The notes under the pieces are model-generated. The model was given only the letters and a program-made list of their open reading frames with translations. It ran no database searches and was not told the origin of the DNA. This document shows, one piece after another, positions 8,267 to 19,293 of a stretch of DNA of 64,000 bases. How positions within the stretch are numbered: position 1 is the stretch's first letter; every line of letters begins with the position of its first letter. The stretch lies in the IMG/VR virus record IMGVR_UViG_3300015261_000001, positions 1 to 64,000 of that record; one strand, 5' to 3'. Made by a program: the position numbers and the translations under genes.

Positions 8267-11137
8267 TCAGGAGATCAAGTCACGACGAGTAAAGAACTTG
8301 TTAGTTCCGTTCGCGCCGTCTTCATCGAACGCAGGAATAGCCGAACCACGACGCAGAGGACTCACGATGTGTTTGTCCAATACGAGGTACGAGTGGTTGA
8401 TAGCCAGGATGCCGTTGGTTGCTGTCCCGAACATTACCTCGTTGTTAGCTGCCTCACGGATGATTGGAGAACCAATCGCCTGCAAGACATCACCTTGGCG
8501 AGTCAAGTAGCAATACGTCACGCCAGCCGGGTTTACCTTTACAGGATATTCCCGATCCAGAATGTACGCCCGCCCACTCATAACCAAACGAGAACCAGCC
8601 GGGATGCGCACCCAACCTGTTTCGTTAACCTCATAAGGGTCAACACCGAGTGCACTGGTCACATCGGTCAACAGGGTCGAGTAACGACCGTTGGCAGGGT
8701 TGTGCTGATAGATCCCCTTCAGCGGAATCAACAACGGAGGATGAAGTTCATCTACCAAGTCGATTTGCTGAGTACCCTGATACAAACGGGCTGGGTTAGT
8801 CTTACCTGGAGTGATAACAGCTGTCGGCTGTGCAATGTTAGCCACAGAGAAACTGACGTCACCGTACACCGAACCAAACGCACGACTGATTACCACGTTG
8901 TACGCGTTGGCACTGGTTTGAATGGCCAGCAGATCCGATGAAGCAATCCACACACCATCGCCCGAGATCGACTTCCGAGAGTTACCGGCGGTGACTTGAC
9001 CAGTCGGAGTTACCGGAGTGAAGACAATCCCCGTAGCCGAGTTGATGACCAGAGTGAACGTGCTGCCCGACAAGGTGTAAGGAAGCACTGCGGCTTCAGC
9101 GTAGTTCACGCCGTCACTCACTACAACAATCGCACGGCTAGCAGTCAACGCAAACACTTGGATATGCGCTTCTCGCAACGCTTTGTTGGTTCCCGGATTA
9201 GCCAATTCAGCTCGAGCAATCACCGTACTTGCCGTAGCCCGCAGTGTCACCAGACTCGACTGCGACAACTTAACCGGAGCACCGACCACCAACGCACCGG
9301 TAGAGTAGTCAACCGAAGCGAAGCCAGTGAACTGGTTTTCGTTGGTGAAGGCCAGACCGCGACTGGTGATCCCGTTGCTTCCGACTGCCGCGTAAAGCGA
9401 CAAAGACAGAGGCACCGGGGTAGCACTGTTCAGTGAACGTTCCGATACCGGCATCGTCAGGCCAAATTTGTTCGCCGTTTGAGCACCAATCATGGTGTTG
9501 GCCGCCCACACGAATTCTTTCCACTCGTATTGCCCACTAACCTCATCGAGGCTGTAGACCAAGTAGTAAGTACCCGAGTCATCATGTTTCATCGGCAAGA
9601 TGCGTTCAGGCACCGGACCAAAGGGAGCATGACGAGAAGGCGAGAAAACTTCTGTACGAGCAGTCTTCACATCCACCACCCCACGGTTACCCACCATCCA
9701 GGTCTTCAGCTCAGAGAAACCACTCTCCATGCGTTTGATCCGAATAGCGTTACGGGTAGTAGCAGCTTTCACCACTTCGCCGCTTGGCAAGATAACGCCG
9801 GGGTTAACCACAGGGTTGTTCATGTCAGTCAGGTTGTTCACCCGTACCCACTGAGCACCCGCCACTGGCAACATATCAACGCCAATGGTGTCTTTGGTCA
9901 ATGTACCCAATTGACGGAACGTAGCAGAACTACCCGCCGACAGTTTACCCGGAATGATCGACTCAGTGAAGGAGATGATCAGTTTCTTGGATTGCCCACC
10001 ACTGCGAATGATCACAGGGATAGCTACGAACATGTAGATCTCGTAGTCTTGGGCGTTCCATGTCAAGCCCGTCACCACCGTGCCGTCTAGGGCGATCGTC
10101 TGACCAGCCGCCAACGTCACGAAGTCCAGCAGGTCGTAGTTGTGACTGCCGTTAGTAGCCCCAGCGTAAGGTGCTTTGTTGATCTGGGTGAACAGTGCTT
10201 GGTAAGAACCATCAACCAAATCCACCAACGTCGGGTCTGTTTCCAGCAGGTTGGTACGGAAGAACTTGTGCTGGAGAGTAACGACTGTCCCGGAGACCGC
10301 GATCGCCGTAGCAAAGCCTTTATAGGTCGCCGTCCCGTAACCGTCATACAACAGGAAGTTCCGGTTCGCGCCAGACATTGCCAACGAGCTTTTCATCTCG
10401 TAGATCTTCTTGTCAGCCAATGGCTTAAACAAGGCAACCTTACCCTCACCCGTTTCCGCACCAGCAGCGTTCCAGTTGGACCCGATGTAGTTGGTGTTGA
10501 GGTTCTGGATCTCCGACATCTGCGTTTTACGACGGATGTTCTGCGGACCGGAGAAGAAGATCGATTGCTTCTGGTAGACACCCGAATCAGAGGCCGGAGA
10601 AGCCACCAGACGGTCGCCGTTGGTCAACAGCGGACACAGAGGGCTGGTATTGAAGTAACGCGTCCCCTGGATCACTGTAGGGATCCCTACAGGGTATTCA
10701 TCCGGGTAGAAGTACGCCGCCAGAGTAAACGAGTCGTTCATCTGGTAAGCGTTCACGTTGAACGATGCACTGTTCTTGATAACCGAGGCTTTTGCACCTT
10801 GAGGGGTTACATAAGCCAATACCGGAACCAGATCCCGCTGTTCAGCCAGAGTAGCGGTCCGATAGTTATCCTTCTTACCCAACCCGATCGTTTTCTTCGA
10901 CTCATGGTGAGCCGCGCCCACGATTGCCATGTGGGTGGTAATCGGAGTTACAATCTGGTCAATAAAGGAAGTCATGTCCCGAGTGAAGGTGTCCAGTTTC
11001 TCACGGGTTGTTTCGTTGAACTCGGTGATGCTGTCATGCAGCTGATAGGACATTTGGTTCAGCTTGATGATAACCTCACCAAACCGGGGGTCTGGCTTTT
11101 CAATAAAGGGAGGTTCTTGTCCCGTGTAAACATACAT
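8267..11137 (-). CDS. Tail fibre/baseplate-associated virion protein (paralog family)
   Basis: Shares the HHESKKTIGLGKKDNYRTAT motif and the C-terminal module (...RRGSAIPA...) with 11189 and 14839. Confidence 0.7.
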   Translation of the reverse strand: MYVYTGQEPPFIEKPDPRFGEVIIKLNQMSYQLHDSITEFNETTREKLDTFTRDMTSFIDQIVTPITTHMAIVGAAHHESKKTIGLGKKDNYRTATLAEQRDLVPVLAYVTPQGAKASVIKNSASFNVNAYQMNDSFTLAAYFYPDEYPVGIPTVIQGTRYFNTSPLCPLLTNGDRLVASPASDSGVYQKQSIFFSGPQNIRRKTQMSEIQNLNTNYIGSNWNAAGAETGEGKVALFKPLADKKIYEMKSSLAMSGANRNFLLYDGYGTATYKGFATAIAVSGTVVTLQHKFFRTNLLETDPTLVDLVDGSYQALFTQINKAPYAGATNGSHNYDLLDFVTLAAGQTIALDGTVVTGLTWNAQDYEIYMFVAIPVIIRSGGQSKKLIISFTESIIPGKLSAGSSATFRQLGTLTKDTIGVDMLPVAGAQWVRVNNLTDMNNPVVNPGVILPSGEVVKAATTRNAIRIKRMESGFSELKTWMVGNRGVVDVKTARTEVFSPSRHAPFGPVPERILPMKHDDSGTYYLVYSLDEVSGQYEWKEFVWAANTMIGAQTANKFGLTMPVSERSLNSATPVPLSLSLYAAVGSNGITSRGLAFTNENQFTGFASVDYSTGALVVGAPVKLSQSSLVTLRATASTVIARAELANPGTNKALREAHIQVFALTASRAIVVVSDGVNYAEAAVLPYTLSGSTFTLVINSATGIVFTPVTPTGQVTAGNSRKSISGDGVWIASSDLLAIQTSANAYNVVISRAFGSVYGDVSFSVANIAQPTAVITPGKTNPARLYQGTQQIDLVDELHPPLLIPLKGIYQHNPANGRYSTLLTDVTSALGVDPYEVNETGWVRIPAGSRLVMSGRAYILDREYPVKVNPAGVTYCYLTRQGDVLQAIGSPIIREAANNEVMFGTATNGILAINHSYLVLDKHIVSPLRRGSAIPAFDEDGANGTNKFFTRRDLIS

Positions 11138-11188
11138 AAGCGTGCTCCGTTATTAGAACGGGGGAGTTTCCTCCCCTGCCCATTTTGC

Positions 11189-14100
11189 TTAAGGCAACAA
11201 CTCTGCGTTACGCAAGAAGCTGAAGTTACCAGCGTCCTGAGGGAACCCAGAGCTGACCGGAATGATACCGGACTCCCGTGTGTAACTGAGCATGTAGTCG
11301 CCGATCATGAACGGCTGGTGACGCACGATGGTGAGGATCTGCTTGTCGTTCGTTACCAAAGTACAGGCTGGCAACAGACTGCTACGACGACGCAGTTTCA
11401 CAGCCGACACAATAAACTTCGGCTTGTTGTCCTCAATCGTTGCATACACCCAGAACGTTTTGTTCTGTGGCGCAGGGTCCACATCCCGCAGGTCGATGGT
11501 TCCGCCGTCCATGACGTAACTCGTTCCGTTGATCATCAACTTGATACCAGCCGTGATGAACAAGATCCAACCTGTTTCTGGATACACCGAACAAGAAACA
11601 ATCCAGCCGTTCCCTGATTTGGGATGGATGGCCGCTCCACCGCCTGTGTACTGGTACGGACCACCCGGCGGTGGAGTGATGGAACCACCTTCGGGGTTGT
11701 TGGAGACCAACGTGATGTCAGACAATCCAATGCCCGGCCACATAACCGCCAAGTCACCATAGTTACGACCGTAGTGACCAACCGCCAGAGTTTCAATCTG
11801 GTTGGTTGCGATGTTCAGATCAAAGATCGCCTGCATGGTGTCACGACTACTGTACGGCACCATCTCGTAACCAGACACCATCAAGATCTTGAGGTAGTTC
11901 CCATTGCGGAAGGCGGTGAAGTAAGGCTTAGCCTGATACACCTGACTCAATTTCTCGAACTGGTTGTAGATAGTGTACACGATGCTCGCCGAGGTCGAAT
12001 AGCTCGGTGGTGTGTGCAACATCGTGAAACTGGTGATCAAGTAAACGCCCGGGTGGTCAGCATTGGGTGCTTCCACGTTTGGACGAGCGATGATCATCTG
12101 CGTCCGATAGCGACCCGTTGCCTCGACAATGTAGTTGACGCAAATCACTGTCAAGTTCAACCCACGGTACATCCCGCCGTTTTCCGCACCAAGGTGAACC
12201 ATGGTGAAGTTCCAACGAGGATTGCCTTGAGCATACGCTTTCAACTGGTCAATCACCGGCTGACGGAAGCCATAGAAGCTATTGGCTGCAAAGGTGGCTT
12301 CTTTCTTGACCGGGTCCAGCGTCTTGGTGAAAGTCCGTGGGAACGAGATTGCCACGTTACCCGATGCTGGAGCACGCATCGCTGGGTTTTCAGGAAGATG
12401 CTGAGAAACTGGGTATGCAGTCGAATAACCACAGAAGCTCAACGACGCACTACCAATCTCCACACCACCAGCCGCGCATTCAGCCGCTGTTCCCGTAATG
12501 CCAACAGTCCCGTCACTGTGGCTCAACCCCAAAGCTTTGTAGATCTCTGTGGTCAAAGGACGAGAGTAGATGTTGGCACCCAGTGTCAGGTTGTTTACCC
12601 CTTCACGAATAGCGTAACCGCCGCTTACCTTACGGTAATACATCTGACGGGCTAAGCTTGGATGCGTTTGGTCTACGGCTTCGAACAATTCGCCTTCTGC
12701 TTCGTACGTCAAAGATGCGGGAAAGGTTCCGTTCTTGGTAGCCGGTGTTACCGACGGCACTGTAACGCGCTGACGAGACATAGTGAGCACGTTGGTATCC
12801 ATCATTCTGGAGAGCAACGCTTCACCCGAAGTGATACCAGTAAAGGCGGTCACTTGGAATCGGGTAGGGAATTCACCCTGACCCTCAAACACGTTCGTCG
12901 ACACCAACTCACCTGTTGGGAAAACAACAGTGGCTGGTTGCAAGTAAGCGACGAGGTTGTTGATCAGGTATTGGTATTGCCGATATCCCACGTCGTTCGG
13001 ATTGGTGAAGTCAAGCGTCACTTGAGGGGACTTACCCGCCAAGCTCATCACACCGTTGGAGGGGTTAAAGACATAGAACATCTCGGTCACGCCAGCCACC
13101 ACGCTAGCGATAGGTGGATTTGCTGCGAGATCTACCAGACTCATGTGGAAGTACTGGTGGATGTGCAACAAGTGGTTACCACCACCGCCTGTTTGTGGCC
13201 ACGACAGACTCAAGTCACGACGCAGGATAGTTTGATAGTTCCACGGTTGGTTACCAACATAGCGCCCAAACCGAGTAACTTTACCTTGACCGTCGGTAGT
13301 GATCTTCTGTGCCACGAAGTCATAGACGCCGTTATAGGGGGTGCCTTCCCAATCCACATAAGTCAGCGCCATGGCTTCCCACGTCACATCACGACCAGCT
13401 CGAACGTCTTCGGTCAGCACGCGGTAATAGCGACTCTTTGGAACACCGCCATCCACCCGCGCCTGAATCAATACCAGATACGCGCCCATGTGGTGAATGG
13501 TGGCTTGATCGTTGTTACCGAATCGAGCAGCATTACCATAAGGTGATCCATGAATTGCAGTGACGGCGCTCATGTTGCAACGCACGTAGTTGTGAGCTGC
13601 TGGATCGAGGGTGTTGTTGGTCAGCGCGATGAACCAGTTGTCGGTTCCCAGCACGCCCGTCATGATCACCTTGTTACCACTACCCGCGATAACACGGTCA
13701 ACGTCGTAACCCCACGCAGCCAGCACAGGAGGTTTGTACTTGTAGTTGGTGTAGGTGATCTTGATGTTGTCTTTGTTGTAGTTCTCAACGATCGAGAAGT
13801 ACAGACCCTTGGTGCGACCGTCGTTGTGGTTGGTCAGCAACATCACCAGGCCGTTCGGTTCCAGACAGATAGCAGAAGCTTCGGTCTGTTGACCCATGCC
13901 TTCAAACGACCCGGAGATCATTGGAGGAATGAAGCTATCGTTACCCAACTGACTGATTGGGATAACACCGGCACGCATTGCTTGATCGGTATCCGGTTTG
14001 TAGCTGGCTGCCAGCTGTTGCACACCCAGCGGAGTACTGAACAAGTCAGCCCGCGTACCAGCGAACTCATCAGCCGGCGTAGCCGTACCGAAGTTGTCCA

Positions 14101-14782
14101 GGTTACCCAAGTCGATGTGGAACTTGGTGGTGCCGTGCGGAACGTTATAGTCGGAGTCGTGCGCATTGATGCGGGCCAACTGTGCCAACTTAACAGCTTT
14201 CAGTTGCGCGAAAGCATCATCGATGACGATATCAGCCTCCGCGTAAATCCCGACATCACGAGTACGGTAAATCCCCGCCATGTAGTTCCAGAAGAAGCTC
14301 AACTCATACCAGTCACCGATCTCGGTGATAACGCTGTGTTTATGCAGCTCCGGTGGCAGAGTCGGTGGAACACCAAACACTTTCGCCCAAGGCACTGGAA
14401 TCTTGCCGTGGGTCATCTTGTCCAACCACTCATCGAGGTTGTTACGAGGAACGAACCATGCGCCGATAGACTGATAAGTCCCGGTCACAAAAGCGTTTTC
14501 CGCCAGCACCGTTTCGGACAGGCGAATGAATGTGCAGATCGAACGGCCGGTCAGATCACAGAAAGGAGGGAACTCTTCCTCGAAGAAATAATCCTTGTTA
14601 AGTTTGAGTTCAGCGCCACGCTGGTCGTAGATCTTGGTGAGTACTTGTTCTGCAAAGAAAGGAGAACCGTTAGGAATAATCCAGGGACAGGTTTTATCCT
14701 TGATCAGCATTTTCTCGTCAATGATTCGATTGACGGGGTTGGTACCGCGAATATCGAACTGAACGATTTTGAACGGGTCCAT
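11189..14782 (-). CDS. Tail fibre-like virion protein (phiKZ gp145/gp146-like)
   Basis: Start revised to MDPFKIV. Has an N-terminal DIRGTNPVNRIIDE...PNGSPFF module and PISQLGNDSFIPPMISGSFEGMG (shared with 14839), plus the conserved C-terminal module. Confidence 0.75.
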   Translation of the reverse strand: MDPFKIVQFDIRGTNPVNRIIDEKMLIKDKTCPWIIPNGSPFFAEQVLTKIYDQRGAELKLNKDYFFEEEFPPFCDLTGRSICTFIRLSETVLAENAFVTGTYQSIGAWFVPRNNLDEWLDKMTHGKIPVPWAKVFGVPPTLPPELHKHSVITEIGDWYELSFFWNYMAGIYRTRDVGIYAEADIVIDDAFAQLKAVKLAQLARINAHDSDYNVPHGTTKFHIDLGNLDNFGTATPADEFAGTRADLFSTPLGVQQLAASYKPDTDQAMRAGVIPISQLGNDSFIPPMISGSFEGMGQQTEASAICLEPNGLVMLLTNHNDGRTKGLYFSIVENYNKDNIKITYTNYKYKPPVLAAWGYDVDRVIAGSGNKVIMTGVLGTDNWFIALTNNTLDPAAHNYVRCNMSAVTAIHGSPYGNAARFGNNDQATIHHMGAYLVLIQARVDGGVPKSRYYRVLTEDVRAGRDVTWEAMALTYVDWEGTPYNGVYDFVAQKITTDGQGKVTRFGRYVGNQPWNYQTILRRDLSLSWPQTGGGGNHLLHIHQYFHMSLVDLAANPPIASVVAGVTEMFYVFNPSNGVMSLAGKSPQVTLDFTNPNDVGYRQYQYLINNLVAYLQPATVVFPTGELVSTNVFEGQGEFPTRFQVTAFTGITSGEALLSRMMDTNVLTMSRQRVTVPSVTPATKNGTFPASLTYEAEGELFEAVDQTHPSLARQMYYRKVSGGYAIREGVNNLTLGANIYSRPLTTEIYKALGLSHSDGTVGITGTAAECAAGGVEIGSASLSFCGYSTAYPVSQHLPENPAMRAPASGNVAISFPRTFTKTLDPVKKEATFAANSFYGFRQPVIDQLKAYAQGNPRWNFTMVHLGAENGGMYRGLNLTVICVNYIVEATGRYRTQMIIARPNVEAPNADHPGVYLITSFTMLHTPPSYSTSASIVYTIYNQFEKLSQVYQAKPYFTAFRNGNYLKILMVSGYEMVPYSSRDTMQAIFDLNIATNQIETLAVGHYGRNYGDLAVMWPGIGLSDITLVSNNPEGGSITPPPGGPYQYTGGGAAIHPKSGNGWIVSCSVYPETGWILFITAGIKLMINGTSYVMDGGTIDLRDVDPAPQNKTFWVYATIEDNKPKFIVSAVKLRRRSSLLPACTLVTNDKQILTIVRHQPFMIGDYMLSYTRESGIIPVSSGFPQDAGNFSFLRNAELLP

Positions 14783-14838
14783 GAAGTAAACCTTTTGGAA
14801 AAGGAGGAGCAAGGCTGTTAACCCTGCTCCTCCAATGG

Positions 14839-17800
14839 TTAAGGAAGCAACTCGTCAGAACGAATCCATGGGATCTGCCCCTCAGTGTTAGCCAAACCAG
14901 ACGATGCCGGAATGGAGTTGCCGCGTTTGAGTTCAGAGATACGGTTGCCGTTAATCGCGAACACGTTGTAACGCTCGATCGTGAGGATCTGACGTTCGTT
15001 CGTGGTGATCGTGGCGACCCACAACTGGTATGCAGACTCCAGCCGCTTATCCGTACCAATCTCGTACTTGGCGACACCGTTGTCCAGCACGCAGTACACG
15101 TAATACGTTTTCCAACGAGGATCCGGGAATAGGTCTCGCAGGTCCATGTTGCCAGGTTCCAGATAATAGGTCTTCCCGTTGAACACCGCTTTGATGCGAG
15201 TCTTGAAGAAGATCACCCAGCCAATTTCTGGATATACCGATCCCAGCAACGGGTTGTTGACAGTACCGTTCTGCAAGGTAGCAGCACCGCCCGTGGTCAA
15301 GTCCCAACCCCAGATCACACCGATGCCGTTATCCGGTGTCACGCAACTACCACCACCACGGCTGGAGTGTTCCACAGGAGTAACAGAACTCCAGCCGTGT
15401 GACGCTGTACGGTCATTGAAGACCATAGCAAAGTCGATGGTGTAAGCATCACCCGGTGTTTGAGCCATGACCCCACAACCGTGATACACGCTGAGGGTGT
15501 TGCCCGCCAGGTAATACTGAATACGCATTGGACCCAACGAACTCAGAGGAGTATCAGACCACTCAGTGGAACCCTGAACGTACGGCGTGTTCATCGCGCG
15601 ACTTTCACCGCGCCAGTGGGACACGTTGATGACCGTGAAACCTGTCACCACATAGCGACCACCACTCGTGCTGTAGGTCGGTTGAATATTCAGGATGGTC
15701 CCAAACAAGGTATTTTGGTCAGCGGAACCCAGTTGGCCGGTGTACTGAATCGACACGGTTACTGGGAGCCAACCAAAACGAGCCAAGTTAGAGTAGGTTG
15801 GGTCACACACCGTCACAATGCCCGGAACACGACTAGCAGCCAAGGTCGCAGGGAACTGCACTTGGTTCTTTAAAGCAGCGACGATATTGGATGGGTACAA
15901 CAACTCTGACGTCGGCACTAGCGTAAGAGTCCCATCCGCCTCCAGTCGGCGATTCAAACCGTTGATCAGAACGATGTCATCAAGACCGATTGGAGCAGTC
16001 CATCCAGTACCTACAGTCTCGCGGTCGAAGTAACGTTTCTGAGCGCTGACACAAAACGCTGATTCGCCTACCTCAATCCCGGCAAAGTCCAAAGCACTGG
16101 AAGGTACACTGATTGTCGCACCACCCATACCTGGCAACGCATTGATCCTTCGAATGTCGTTGGTCAACGGACGAGAGACAATGTTCCCCTTATAGAGGTT
16201 TTGAATCTCTGGACGTACAGCGAGTTTACCCGAAACATTCTTCCAGTAAAGCCCCAGCTGAGTAGCGCGATCCTTCCTGCCGGCAGTGTAGTACTCGCCA
16301 CCTGGCGCATACATCAGCGCTTTAGGGCAAACACTAGACGCGATAGGAGAGATCATCGTTTCTTCGACGACATTCCCCCCAATTGCCTTGAGGTCATCGC
16401 CTCGAGCCCAGTTCCTCGAAACACTCGCATAACGCGTGGTGGAGTTAGTCACTTTGCAGACCATACCACCGCGAGGGAAGCCGCTAAACCCATAAGCGCC
16501 TGCTGATACCACTCGTCCATCATCCAGCACGTTGCAGCCTTGGCATTGGTAGAAGAACGTTAGCAAGTACTTTTCATTGGTACGGGCGTACTCTGGTGGA
16601 ACAATCGGGTTAGCCGCAAAGTTAACGTTGAATACCGGCGACATGGACTTACGGGTGAATACCCCCGTGTAAGGGTTGAAATCGTAGTTGATTTCTGGGA
16701 CTTGATCCGCCGCGCCGTTAACACTAGGCGAGGTGTACGCTGCGTAGTGACCCGAGATAAACTTCACCGCGTAGTTCTGAGCGTTACTTGGATCTTGGGC
16801 CACCAACGTCAGTGAACTCCGGTACAAGCCGATCATGTTGTTGCAAGGATAAGGGGAGTAGGTATACAACCCTTTGGTCACCGCCCCATTACCGTCGATG
16901 ATTGGAGTGTACCAGCGCCAGAACGGACTATTGTTAACCTGCACTCCGTCAGCATCCATGAAACTAACCAGTTGTTTCACAGCTGTTACGTCAATGGTGG
17001 CTTTGATGCTGGAAACAGGTACTCGGAAGATATGTTTGTAACGAAGGTCCATGCCAACGGTGGCGTTGGCAGCTGGCGCAGGAACGTTAGCCGACAGGAA
17101 AATGTAAACCCAATCCGCCATCAAGGCAATGCTGACCATCCCGAAGATATCGGCAACCTTCACAGCTCCTGGGTTAGGCATGATTGCATCAACCAGCGGG
17201 CGCAAGTTAATCTTCGAGTAAACGTGTTTGGCCGGGTCCAAAGAACCGTTGGTCATGCCGATGTAGTAGGCGTCTTGGAAACTGTCACCCACCAGGATAC
17301 ATTCATGACCACTGCCTTGAGCGATCCGGTCCACATTGGAACCGCTAGCCTCAAACTTGGCGTGTTCGTATTTAAAACCGGTGTACGTCAGGGTGATGTT
17401 AGACCCACTGTTGGCGTTCTCCATCACGGAGAAGTAGAGACCGCGGGTACGACCATCCATGCGGTTGCACAGGTAGGTGATTGTCCCGTCACTCTCCAGC
17501 GCCATGCCGCCAGTTTCGATAACCCCACCCAAACCTTCAAACGAACCGTCAATGTTTGGAGGAATGAAGTTGGTGTTACCGAACTGGCTGATTGGCAGCG
17601 TTTCCGCTTCCAGGAACTCGGTGGAGTTGAAGCCGTATTTGTCGATGATGGTTTGCAGACCCTGAACAGTCAGGTGCAAATCACTACGAGGTTCCAGCGC
17701 CTGCGCGCCGATTGCTGTGGCGAAGTTGTCGACCTTTTCCAAGTGGACTTGCAGGGCAGTCAAGCCATGTTCGTCTTCGGTGTCGGTGTGGTTCTGGATG

Positions 17801-18408
17801 AACGTCAGCAACATCGTCTTGTACACGTCCATGAGATGAATGAACAAATCATAGTAGTGGTCGATCTTCACCTGAATCAGCGGGCGACCGTGGTTACGAA
17901 CGGCGTCCACGATCATGTTCATCAGTTCGATGGTGTCTTGCCACGCCACGATGTCATACAACACACTGTGACCGTGCAGCTTAGGACGGAATACCACCGG
18001 CTTGTTGTGCAGGTTTTCCCACCAAACTGGACGATCATCGTTGGCAGCATTGATGATCAGTTGCAACAGAGTGCTGTCGAACAGGGAGAACTCACCGACG
18101 ACATCGTAATCCATCGTGCCTTCGGTAATGTTTTCATCCATCAGCTCGATGAGGCATCCAACTTCCATGGAAGTCAGATCGGTCAGACGAGGCATCAGTC
18201 GGAACATCCGATAATGCGTGTCGTAGATCATCGGTTCCCCGTTCGGGAAATACAGCTTCAGGCTGGTGACAAAGAACGGACTGTGCCGAGGAACAATAAC
18301 CCGGGTCCAAATCCCTGCTTCAACCTTGAACGGTTCACCACGCTTCTCGTTTTCAAGGTTCGAGTTGTCAATGTCGGTTTTGTATTCCCGGACTATTGGA
18401 AATTGCAT
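14839..18408 (-). CDS. Tail fibre-like virion protein (phiKZ gp145/gp146-like)
   Basis: PRHSPFF module, PISQFGNTNFIPPNIDGSFEGLG, and C-terminal SVYPEIGWVIF...DLRD...GNSIPASSG. Confidence 0.75.
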   Translation of the reverse strand: MQFPIVREYKTDIDNSNLENEKRGEPFKVEAGIWTRVIVPRHSPFFVTSLKLYFPNGEPMIYDTHYRMFRLMPRLTDLTSMEVGCLIELMDENITEGTMDYDVVGEFSLFDSTLLQLIINAANDDRPVWWENLHNKPVVFRPKLHGHSVLYDIVAWQDTIELMNMIVDAVRNHGRPLIQVKIDHYYDLFIHLMDVYKTMLLTFIQNHTDTEDEHGLTALQVHLEKVDNFATAIGAQALEPRSDLHLTVQGLQTIIDKYGFNSTEFLEAETLPISQFGNTNFIPPNIDGSFEGLGGVIETGGMALESDGTITYLCNRMDGRTRGLYFSVMENANSGSNITLTYTGFKYEHAKFEASGSNVDRIAQGSGHECILVGDSFQDAYYIGMTNGSLDPAKHVYSKINLRPLVDAIMPNPGAVKVADIFGMVSIALMADWVYIFLSANVPAPAANATVGMDLRYKHIFRVPVSSIKATIDVTAVKQLVSFMDADGVQVNNSPFWRWYTPIIDGNGAVTKGLYTYSPYPCNNMIGLYRSSLTLVAQDPSNAQNYAVKFISGHYAAYTSPSVNGAADQVPEINYDFNPYTGVFTRKSMSPVFNVNFAANPIVPPEYARTNEKYLLTFFYQCQGCNVLDDGRVVSAGAYGFSGFPRGGMVCKVTNSTTRYASVSRNWARGDDLKAIGGNVVEETMISPIASSVCPKALMYAPGGEYYTAGRKDRATQLGLYWKNVSGKLAVRPEIQNLYKGNIVSRPLTNDIRRINALPGMGGATISVPSSALDFAGIEVGESAFCVSAQKRYFDRETVGTGWTAPIGLDDIVLINGLNRRLEADGTLTLVPTSELLYPSNIVAALKNQVQFPATLAASRVPGIVTVCDPTYSNLARFGWLPVTVSIQYTGQLGSADQNTLFGTILNIQPTYSTSGGRYVVTGFTVINVSHWRGESRAMNTPYVQGSTEWSDTPLSSLGPMRIQYYLAGNTLSVYHGCGVMAQTPGDAYTIDFAMVFNDRTASHGWSSVTPVEHSSRGGGSCVTPDNGIGVIWGWDLTTGGAATLQNGTVNNPLLGSVYPEIGWVIFFKTRIKAVFNGKTYYLEPGNMDLRDLFPDPRWKTYYVYCVLDNGVAKYEIGTDKRLESAYQLWVATITTNERQILTIERYNVFAINGNRISELKRGNSIPASSGLANTEGQIPWIRSDELLP

Positions 18409-18422
18409 TTTCAGCTCCTGTC

Positions 18423-19178
18423 TTATTCACCGCCAAGAGGCAAAGTACCAGCAGCCAGTTGGCGAAACATTTCTTTGGCCACTTTCATCGAGATCATGAC
18501 GTTGTCGCTGTTGCCAGCAATGTCATCGGTGGTGGCTTTACGGGCGTTCGGAACCAGGTCAAGACCAATCATGGTTTTGTCAGCCATGTGTGCCTTGTCG
18601 AGAGTTTCCGCCATGTGTTCTTCAAGCATCTTCTTGACGCTGATCTGGTCGGTGCCGGTTTCCGTGATCGCCAGCAGCAGGTTCTTCAGGTACTCAACCA
18701 TGTCGAGGTAGTCGTAGGTTTGAGCAGCTGGTTGTTCGTGCGGATCAGGTGGGAAATCGAACGGTACATCGACCACATCAGACCAGTCGGCTTGACGAGG
18801 ACTGTTAACAATGTTCGCGACCAGAGTAGCGTAGGCAACCTCGTCGAGAATGAACGGACCGCCGATGGTGTCGTAGGCGGCAATCACTGGAGCGGCAACC
18901 GGCTTCAGCAGAATCACCGAACCATAGACGTTGCGCTTGAAGCGATTAATAAAACGATCGAACGTGTGACCGAAGATGTAGTCGATGCCAGGAACCAGTG
19001 GCTCGTTACTTCCTTGACGGAACAACTGGAAGTTGCGAGAGTAAAAAGGTGCTGCTCGTGGAACGAACTCGACTCGTGTACCGACACCGTTCGGCTTGAT
19101 TACTTCGTTGGGGATACGGCAGTCGACACGCTCCTGGAAGGGGTTCCAGCCGTAAACAATTGGTTGTGCCATTTTCAT
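18423..19178 (-). CDS. Short virion protein made of the N-terminal module of the fibre family
   Basis: PRAAPFY...YDTIGGPF...WSDVVDVPFDFPPDPHEQ...HMADKTMIGLDLVPNARKAT parallels the N-termini of 11189 and 14839. Confidence 0.7.
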   Translation of the reverse strand: MKMAQPIVYGWNPFQERVDCRIPNEVIKPNGVGTRVEFVPRAAPFYSRNFQLFRQGSNEPLVPGIDYIFGHTFDRFINRFKRNVYGSVILLKPVAAPVIAAYDTIGGPFILDEVAYATLVANIVNSPRQADWSDVVDVPFDFPPDPHEQPAAQTYDYLDMVEYLKNLLLAITETGTDQISVKKMLEEHMAETLDKAHMADKTMIGLDLVPNARKATTDDIAGNSDNVMISMKVAKEMFRQLAAGTLPLGGE

Positions 19179-19293
19179 CAGCTCCGAAGCGGATGGACGG
19201 GGTATTTTATGATCAATAACCCATACAGATAAAGGTTCCTATAGGAAACTATAGGGGCCGGATTTCATAGAATCGCTTAGGAGTTCCGCCCCT

